From Candidatus Omnitrophota bacterium (GTDB taxonomy: Bacteria; Omnitrophota; Gorgyraeia; Gygaellales; Profunditerraquicolaceae), in the NCBI GenBank assembly GCA_030650425.1, contig JAUSED010000009.1, forward strand, positions 142,846-206,845: 64,000 nucleotides of DNA, read 5' to 3'. The position numbers and the translations under genes were made by a program. Positions 57,969-64,000 of this stretch are shown here, piece after piece (position 1 is the stretch's first letter; the number at the start of each line of letters is the position of its first letter). The notes below the pieces were generated by a model. That model did not search any database. It saw only the letters and a program-made list of their open reading frames with translations, and had not been told where the DNA came from.

Positions 57969-59040
57969 GGCTTTTAGGATATTCTGCTAATACCTCTCCC
58001 TGCAAGGAAAGCAGCACGCAGTCAATCGAAAGCTGATGATTTACAAATTCATTCAGCACATCTACCGTTCTTTTTGCGAGCATATCAAAAGTCCGCGTAA
58101 ACTTGTGTTTCTTTAATATATCAACAGCGGCTTCGGCTGATACTTGTCTGGACACCTCTTCAATAATCTCTTTTCCCGCTCCGCAAAGCAAGGCAAAATT
58201 CGCGATTGTCTTGATACGATTATCCCCGAATTTGATATTGGTGTCAAGCTGGCCATGCGCAACCTTCACTAATTTACCAATATAACCTACCAAAAGCACT
58301 TTTTTTATTTTCTTATTCAAGCATTCAGAGAGCATAAATCCGACATGGTCCCCAATTTTGACGATGGAATCCGGTTTAAGTTTAAGCCTTTCTTGACAAA
58401 ATTTTTCTCCCACATACCCTAAAACAAGAGTAGCCCTTCTATATCCCGCGGCCTTCAGCACGTCGAGTTGAAGAGATAAAGATGTCTTGTAGGCATCCGT
58501 TGATTTAGGCTCGACTATCCCGGTTGTACCGATTATAGATATGCCTCCCACAATGCCCAGCCTGGCGTTAAATGTGCGTTTGGCTATCTCCCTTCCTTTG
58601 GGAACGCTGATGATCGCCTCGATCCCTTTCCCTTGGTGGAGTAGATGCCTGACAATTTCTTTAAGAATCATCGATCTTGGCGTAGGATTAATCGCGTATT
58701 CGCCGACTCTCACCGCTAATCCCGGCTTGGTAACTATACCAACTCCTTCTGCGCCTCGCAAGAAAATCCCTTTTTTCCCGGAATATTGCACCCGCGCACA
58801 GATCCTAACGCCATTAGTTACATCAGGATCATCTCCGGCATCTTTAATTACCCCGCACTGAGCAAAATCCCTGCCTATTTTTTGGCCAACGATCTTCAGC
58901 TTAAGCTTTACGCCTTTAGGAGTTTCCACCTCAACGCTTTTTACCGGCTTTTTGGCGGCAAGCATAAGGCTCGCGGCTTTAGCAGCTGCCTGAGCACAGG
59001 TACCGGTGGTAAATCCTTTCCTTAGTGGTATTGAGTTCAT
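57853..59040 (-). CDS. cbiD: Cobalt-precorrin-5B C1-methyltransferase
   Basis: LRKGFTTGTCA.AAAKAA, KDAGDDPDVT, AINP.PR, T.N.RLGI.GGISI.GTTGIV.P. Confidence 0.95.
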   Translation of the reverse strand: MNSIPLRKGFTTGTCAQAAAKAASLMLAAKKPVKSVEVETPKGVKLKLKIVGQKIGRDFAQCGVIKDAGDDPDVTNGVRICARVQYSGKKGIFLRGAEGVGIVTKPGLAVRVGEYAINPTPRSMILKEIVRHLLHQGKGIEAIISVPKGREIAKRTFNARLGIVGGISIIGTTGIVEPKSTDAYKTSLSLQLDVLKAAGYRRATLVLGYVGEKFCQERLKLKPDSIVKIGDHVGFMLSECLNKKIKKVLLVGYIGKLVKVAHGQLDTNIKFGDNRIKTIANFALLCGAGKEIIEEVSRQVSAEAAVDILKKHKFTRTFDMLAKRTVDVLNEFVNHQLSIDCVLLSLQGEVLAEYPKSRRGPRKGTLSTRAIRDGLKESVPYNKMHNRRGHFPSEL

Positions 59041-59957
59041 TGTGTTAATTGAGTCGTAGGGGACACTTTCCTTTTGAGAGTCCCCGGATAGCCCTGACGG
59101 AAAATGTCCCCTTCTGCGCGCCCTACGGTTGGTAAACTCTTTATAGCTTCTCTTGCCTCACCAATAGTAAGCGGAAGGCTGTTAAAATTAAATCCATCTT
59201 TTTTCCTTAAAATCTCGAATAAATGCCCTATGCGGGGTAATCTCAATTTGGCCTCCCGGATTACCTGGGCCTGAGAAAAAACATTTTCGGGCTTACCATC
59301 AAGTATAATTCTTCCTTGATTTAAGATAATCACACGATCGATGAACAAAGGCACCAGATCCACAGAGTGCGTGGACATCACCATAGTGATTCCATTTTCT
59401 TTGTTTAATTTTCTCAATAGCCGCATAATGGCGCTCGCTCCCATCGGGTCCAGGGATGAAGTTGGTTCATCCAAAAGCATCACCTCCGGCCCCATAGCTA
59501 AAACGCCGGCTAAACAAATCCTTTTCTTCTCGCCGAAACTTAAATTATGTATAGGCTTATCAGTAAATTCTAACATACTGACCGCGCCAAGCGCGTACTC
59601 TATTCTTTTAGAGACCTCCTCTTTGGTAAGCCCCATATTCACCGGGCCAAAGGCGATATCTTCGCCTACGGTCGAAGCAAACAGCTGGTCATCGGGATTT
59701 TGAAAACAAGTACATATTTTTCTAAATAGCATATCCTTGTTGATGGATCTAATATTCTTCCCTTCCAAATAAATCTCGCCTTTCGCGGTTTTTAGAAGGT
59801 GGTTCAGTATTTTTAAGAGCGTTGTTTTACCGGAACCATTGGCGCCTAAGACACCTAAAAACTCACCTTTCTTGACCGAAAGATTGATACTCCGCAAAAC
59901 GGATTTTCCGTCAGGATAACTAAAGTGGAGATCTTTTGCTTCCAGAATATCGACCAT
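59037..59957 (-). CDS. cbiO: Cobalt ECF transporter ATPase
   Basis: GANGSGKTT, FQNPDDQLF, LSFGEKKR, LDEP. Confidence 0.9.
   Translation of the reverse strand: MVDILEAKDLHFSYPDGKSVLRSINLSVKKGEFLGVLGANGSGKTTLLKILNHLLKTAKGEIYLEGKNIRSINKDMLFRKICTCFQNPDDQLFASTVGEDIAFGPVNMGLTKEEVSKRIEYALGAVSMLEFTDKPIHNLSFGEKKRICLAGVLAMGPEVMLLDEPTSSLDPMGASAIMRLLRKLNKENGITMVMSTHSVDLVPLFIDRVIILNQGRIILDGKPENVFSQAQVIREAKLRLPRIGHLFEILRKKDGFNFNSLPLTIGEAREAIKSLPTVGRAEGDIFRQGYPGTLKRKVSPTTQLTQ
59056..59112. repeat. Family-D element in frame in cbiO 3' end
   Basis: GTAGGGGACACTTTCC...GATAGCCCTGACGGAAAATGTCCCCT; encodes EGDIFRQGYPGTLKRKVSPT. Confidence 0.85.
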
Positions 59958-59998
59958 AAAATTATTGCTAATTAGTTAATGCTGAAAAACCCTCTTTT

Positions 59999-60090
59999 CG
60001 TCATTCTGAGGACCCTGAGTGTAACGAAGGGGACGAAGGATCTCAAGAGATTCTTCGTCGTCCGCCTGCGGCGGACTCCTCAGAATGACG
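59999..60090. repeat. Composite GTCATTCTGAG-type inverted element (family C)
   Basis: CGTCATTCTGAG...GAAGGATCTC-AA-GAGATTCTTCG...CTCAGAATGACG; supplies the cbiQ stop. Confidence 0.8.
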
Positions 60091-60820
60091 ATAGGAAGAG
60101 ACTGTTCAATATTAAAAGCGCCCCTAAAATTATAATGAAAATGATAACGGCGGCAGTATCTTTGAAACTAAACTCTTTTTCTCCGGAGATATTCCGCGTC
60201 GAACCGTCGTATCCGCGCAGCAGCATAGATTCATATACCGCGATCGAGCGATCATAGGCCCTGATCACGGTTGAGCCCATTAATTCGCCAAAAGATTTCA
60301 AACTCCGGCCTAAACTGCTGTATCCTAAACGCGCTCTTTGGGCATTCCTGATCGTAACCGCGTCCTCCAGCAATACAAAGCTGTAGCGATAACTAAGCAT
60401 AGCTATCTCAACCCAGGTATTCGGCACTTGAAACCAGCGGGCCGCATGGAGCAGCTTATTTACCGGCGTGGTCATCGATAAGCATATAATTAAAGAAACG
60501 GCGCCTAAGACCCTTGCCACAATTAAGAAACCGGCTGCCAATCCATCGGCCATTCCATAAAAGAAGATCTGCATAATAAAAATCGCGCCTACCACACCCA
60601 AGGGGACGGCTAATCTAAGTAGAATAATCTTCGGCGGTATGCCGATCCCTAAAAGGATAACCAAAGATGAGAAAAAAACAATCAATGGCAGATAAGCATT
60701 ACGCGAAGAAACTACGATCATTATAGCCGCGGCTATAAAAAGCGCCTTGGCTCTCGCGTCCACCTCCGTTAAATAGTTTACCTTTTGAGCAAAATGATCA
60801 CTAAATACTTCGTTCAGCAA
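60080..60820 (-). CDS. cbiQ: Cobalt ECF transporter T component
   Basis: DAR.K, TTP, YRY..VL, AQ.ARLGY, M..RGY.G. Confidence 0.9.
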   Translation of the reverse strand: MLNEVFSDHFAQKVNYLTEVDARAKALFIAAAIMIVVSSRNAYLPLIVFFSSLVILLGIGIPPKIILLRLAVPLGVVGAIFIMQIFFYGMADGLAAGFLIVARVLGAVSLIICLSMTTPVNKLLHAARWFQVPNTWVEIAMLSYRYSFVLLEDAVTIRNAQRARLGYSSLGRSLKSFGELMGSTVIRAYDRSIAVYESMLLRGYDGSTRNISGEKEFSFKDTAAVIIFIIILGALLILNSLFLSSF

Positions 60821-61986
60821 TTATGTCCCTTTTTCTCGGTAAAAAGCTTTCTAAAATTATAACCCATTACAAATCCTCCTGCCGCGCCTGCCAGAAGGAA
60901 AACAAAAAGCAACAGATCCCCTTGGTCGGTATTGATAAACGGCGTCCAGGCAGGCCGTCCATGTTCCGCGCTAATCTTCTCCACCACGCTCTCATCTACT
61001 CCGCTCCATTTAGGTAACAGTTCAACTAGCAAAAGAACTCTGTCGTAGGGGATGTCGTAGGGGACACTTTCCTTTTCAGGGCTTCGCGATAGCGCTGATG
61101 GAAAGTGTCCCCTGCGGTTAGGGCTTAACGCGCGCGAAGACAAGACGGCTATTGACGCAGGGGCACTTTCCTTTGAGTCTTGAGGGGACACTTTCCTACT
61201 CGCGTTTACTACTTGTTGGAAAGTGTCCCCTATGCGTGGAAAGTGTCCCCTACGGTTAAGGTTTAACGCGAAGGCAGGCTGGCTATTGGCGCATAAAAGC
61301 AGGCATATGAATAGAACGCCTATACTCTTTTTTACCACTCCCAGCGAAACTAAAATCTCAGGCCTTCTTTTATAGACAAAAACAATCATTCCCCCGGTCA
61401 AAAATCCCTCTAATATGCCTAAAGGAAGTTGCGTAGGAATAAAGGCAATCAGTACAGTGTAAAAAAGCGCTAACATCGGTTTGCTTCCATGAAGGGCCGA
61501 GGCCAATTCCAAGGAAGTTGTGATATAGGTAGCCCAATCCGCTAAAAGCCCGGCTGCAAATCCACAAAAGAATAAAGGAAGTTTAAATTTTCTTAATATC
61601 TTGAATGCGATGAAGGCGGCAAATGAACCGGCTATACCCATAGATACAATATCCGCGCCCCAAGTAGTCAGGCCGCCATGGGCTAAAAATAAAGCCTGGA
61701 TAAGCAAGGCAATGGAAGTTACAAATATGCTCATTATCGGCCCGATTAAAATGGCTGATATTCCGGTTCCGGCAGGATGAGAACAGGTGCCAGCGGTAGG
61801 CACAGGCACAGGCATACAGGAGATAACAAAAACAAGGGCTCCCATCAGCCCTAAAAGAGGTTTAAAACTTGGAGTTAGTTTTACCTTCTTCTTTATATCA
61901 AAGATCCCCTTGATCAGAAAAGGAGCGGCTAGCGCAGACCAGATACCAGCCCACCACAAAGGAAGAATCCCTTCTGAAATATGCAT
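60814..61986 (-). CDS. cbiM: CbiM-CbiN-type fusion (cobalt ECF S component) with repeat-derived linker
   Basis: MHISEGILP, GTCSHP.G, AHGGLTT.GA; C-terminal WSGVDESVVEK...GR. Confidence 0.9.
   Translation of the reverse strand: MHISEGILPLWWAGIWSALAAPFLIKGIFDIKKKVKLTPSFKPLLGLMGALVFVISCMPVPVPTAGTCSHPAGTGISAILIGPIMSIFVTSIALLIQALFLAHGGLTTWGADIVSMGIAGSFAAFIAFKILRKFKLPLFFCGFAAGLLADWATYITTSLELASALHGSKPMLALFYTVLIAFIPTQLPLGILEGFLTGGMIVFVYKRRPEILVSLGVVKKSIGVLFICLLLCANSQPAFALNLNRRGHFPRIGDTFQQVVNASRKVSPQDSKESAPASIAVLSSRALSPNRRGHFPSALSRSPEKESVPYDIPYDRVLLLVELLPKWSGVDESVVEKISAEHGRPAWTPFINTDQGDLLLFVFLLAGAAGGFVMGYNFRKLFTEKKGHNC
61041..61256. repeat. Cluster of family-D elements (6 arms) in frame within cbiM(N)
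   Basis: Encodes NRRGHFPRIGDTFQQ...KVSPQDSKESAP...NRRGHFPSALSRSPEKESVPYDIPYD. Confidence 0.85.
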
Positions 61987-61987
61987 A

Positions 61988-62629
61988 TTATAGCTCCCCC
62001 CTCTCTCTTTCGGCTATTTTTAACAATGCATTCACGCAAGCTACGGTTTCACTGCTTCCTCCGTATCTGCTTTTATTGGTAATATAAGGAATATCTAAAG
62101 TTCGCAATTTTTTCTTAGCCTCTTTAGCTCCTACAAAGCCTACAGGCAACCCAATGATCAAGGCAGGCCTTGTTTTGCCTTGACTAACCAACGCGCAAAC
62201 TTCAAATAACGCGGTGGGGGCATTACCGATAGCCACGATTCCGCCATTCATTAATTTATGGGCCTTTCTCATCGCCAATATGGAACGCGTAATATTTAAA
62301 CGGGAGGCTTGCTTCAGGATATCAGGACTATGCATAAAACAAATTATCTTACCCCTGAAACCCGATAATATTTTTTGGTTAATTCCGGCTCCAACCATAC
62401 TCGCGTCTACAACAATATTCTTCCCTTTTCTTATCGCCAAGAGCCCCTCTTTTACGGCCTTTGGATGGAACACAAGATCTTTGATATACTTTAAATCGCT
62501 GGTTGCATGCAGCACTCTTTTTAAGACCTCTTTCTGAGGTTCTGGTAATTTTACATTCTTTAAATATCGATCGACTATTTTGAAGCTCTTGGCTTGGATA
62601 TCCTTCGGATTAGTAATTATTCTCACCAC
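61988..62629 (-). CDS. cbiC: Cobalt-precorrin-8 methylmutase
   Basis: P..I...SF, R..HAT.D, TRS, IGNAPTAL, G.PVGFVGA.E.K, GGS. Confidence 0.93.
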   Translation of the reverse strand: MVRIITNPKDIQAKSFKIVDRYLKNVKLPEPQKEVLKRVLHATSDLKYIKDLVFHPKAVKEGLLAIRKGKNIVVDASMVGAGINQKILSGFRGKIICFMHSPDILKQASRLNITRSILAMRKAHKLMNGGIVAIGNAPTALFEVCALVSQGKTRPALIIGLPVGFVGAKEAKKKLRTLDIPYITNKSRYGGSSETVACVNALLKIAERERGEL

Positions 62630-63293
62630 CTAAAGCCTCCTCTACTATATCTAGGGCTATATCAACGATCCTTTTGTCTGCACCCAAGTTTTTTGTATAG
62701 CTAAAATTGACTTTTGGGTATTTTGCTTTTTCTTCTTTAATCATATAGGGGATATCGCGTGTCACATGATTGCCGTTAAAGAGAAAAAATGGAATGATAA
62801 TTACTTTCCGGCATCCTTGCGTGATAAGCTTTTTCACGCCTTTTGCTAAATCAGGCTGGGCAAGCTGAAGGTAGGCGGAAACAACCTTATTTAATCCCGT
62901 CTTTTGCTTAACCGCCTTAACCGCTGCCTCTAGATTAACGTTTGCTTTTTTTAATCTGCTGCCATGGCCAAGAATAATAATCCCTATTTCGGAATTATTT
63001 GGATTAGATTGCTTCGCTCCCTTCGGTCGCTCGCAATGACGACGAAACGTTTCTTCTTCTATGCGGATTTTATTATTTCTAATCAAAGTGAATATGTTTT
63101 CTGTAACTTTTCTTTTATGGATCCAGCTGCAGGATGCGCAAGACCAGATACCCTCCTTACGCTTAGCTGAATACACAAAACTACCCTTTTTCCCATCCAA
63201 ACAAGGATAAAATGGGCAATAACAAAAGGTGCAATCTTCTAATCCTTTGTGGCAGGGGAAAAACTTACAGGCCTTGTTTAGTCTATTAAGCAT
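62610..63293 (-). CDS. cbiX: Cysteine-rich small domain fused to CbiX/SirB-type cobaltochelatase
   Basis: C.FFPCH...DC.FCYCPFYPC...WSC.SC.WIH; GHGSR...PFFLF.GNHV..DIP. Confidence 0.85.
   Translation of the reverse strand: MLNRLNKACKFFPCHKGLEDCTFCYCPFYPCLDGKKGSFVYSAKRKEGIWSCASCSWIHKRKVTENIFTLIRNNKIRIEEETFRRHCERPKGAKQSNPNNSEIGIIILGHGSRLKKANVNLEAAVKAVKQKTGLNKVVSAYLQLAQPDLAKGVKKLITQGCRKVIIIPFFLFNGNHVTRDIPYMIKEEKAKYPKVNFSYTKNLGADKRIVDIALDIVEEALGGENNY
63006..63040 (-). repeat. Family-A element in frame in the cbiX interdomain linker
   Basis: Minus strand GTCATTGCGAGCGACCGAAGGGAGCGAAGCAATCT; encodes RHCERPKGAKQS. Confidence 0.85.
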
Positions 63294-63312
63294 AGTTTAT
63301 TCTTGATAAATA

Positions 63313-63383
63313 GATAAATAGGGACAGCGCCCATTTTTTTAGCTTAACGAACAGAAAAAAAATGGGCGCTGTCCCTATTTATC
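63313..63383. repeat. Perfect 28-bp inverted repeat overlapping the cbiA 3' end
   Basis: GATAAATAGGGACAGCGCCCATTTTTTT / AAAAAAATGGGCGCTGTCCCTATTTATC. Confidence 0.85.
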
Positions 63384-64000
63384 CTACAGCTGTTAATAAA
63401 GTTTTTAGCGAAATCCGTATTAGAGGCAAAATGCAGATGCGCGTAGCTGGCTAAAACGTTCTTAGTGACTAAACCGTCGTAAAATAGATTATCCTTGTCT
63501 TTGATGATTCTATAGGCAAAGGTAGAATTTTTAGGAATATTCGTAAGGCGCGACCAGTGGAAGAGATGCGCCCGATTTCTATCACCTTGATTACTCAATA
63601 TATTATCTTTGATCACCTGTACATTCACATAACCCATCCTATGCAACCTGTTACCCATATTCACTGAGCATTTAAATACCCCCACCATAGGGAATTTTCT
63701 TTTTTGGAAATCGATTAAATTTTTGACTAAATACATTAATCCGCCGCATTCGGCATAGATCGGCAGGCCATCTTTAGCTTTTTGATAAATCGACTGCCTG
63801 AGGCTTGCGTTCTTCGATAAATCAGAGGCAAAAACTTCCGGAAACCCGCCGCCAATATATAAACCATCGATCCCCTTCGGTAATTCCCTATCCCTCAAGG
63901 GGCTAAAGGTAACAATCTCTGCCCCCAAATGCTTCAATATATCCAGATTGTCCTGATAATAAAAATGAAAAGCCTTATCCTTGGCAATCGCTATCGTCAC
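63344..64000 (-). CDS. cbiA: Cobyrinate a,c-diamide synthase, C-terminal part (5' end beyond window)
   Basis: IAIA.D.AF.FYY.DNL, FSPL.D, GGGFPE, YAECGGLMYL, ASYAHLHF. Confidence 0.9.
   Translation of the reverse strand: MTIAIAKDKAFHFYYQDNLDILKHLGAEIVTFSPLRDRELPKGIDGLYIGGGFPEVFASDLSKNASLRQSIYQKAKDGLPIYAECGGLMYLVKNLIDFQKRKFPMVGVFKCSVNMGNRLHRMGYVNVQVIKDNILSNQGDRNRAHLFHWSRLTNIPKNSTFAYRIIKDKDNLFYDGLVTKNVLASYAHLHFASNTDFAKNFINSCRINRDSAHFFSVR

Noticed and set aside
59979-60257. 92-aa plus-strand ORF
   Set aside because: Translation of the family-C palindrome plus antisense cbiQ; shadow ORF
55521-61256. GGGGACACTTTCC repeats as a CRISPR array
   Set aside because: Arms are inverted, nested and dispersed, with conserved rather than unique spacers; no cas genes in the window

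Overview
Bacterial chromosomal segment, most likely PVC superphylum / Ca. Omnitrophota (inferred from the PVC small basic signature protein, an AlgE-type porin and overall gene content). It spans the replication terminus: a dif site lies at 18199-18226, with genes mostly on + to its left and mostly on - to its right. The left part is accessory: a 5'-truncated FG-GAP/TcdB-midN/RHS toxin with a JAB-like tip and immunity gene, IS701 and IS5 elements, two Phd-RelE TA cassettes, a secreted fibre-like protein and a porin. Next come GH57, a membrane CBM-like protein and a ParA/Soj-CBM48 fusion (candidate glycogen-granule positioning system). Right of dif are a recQ-lexA-dinB SOS cassette with a candidate new operator, a signal-peptide PLD-wHTH fusion, core genes (c-di-GMP proteins, aroB, dgt, thiC, gmhA, pfkA, accBC, efp, aroQ, rpsU, tRNA-Gly) and a cobalamin cbi operon. 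Several families of short palindromic REP/REPIN-like elements have inserted in frame into genes, adding recurrent peptides (SLRG..EAIS, RRGHFP..KESVPY). All calls come from reading the sequence and recognising motifs; no database searches were run.
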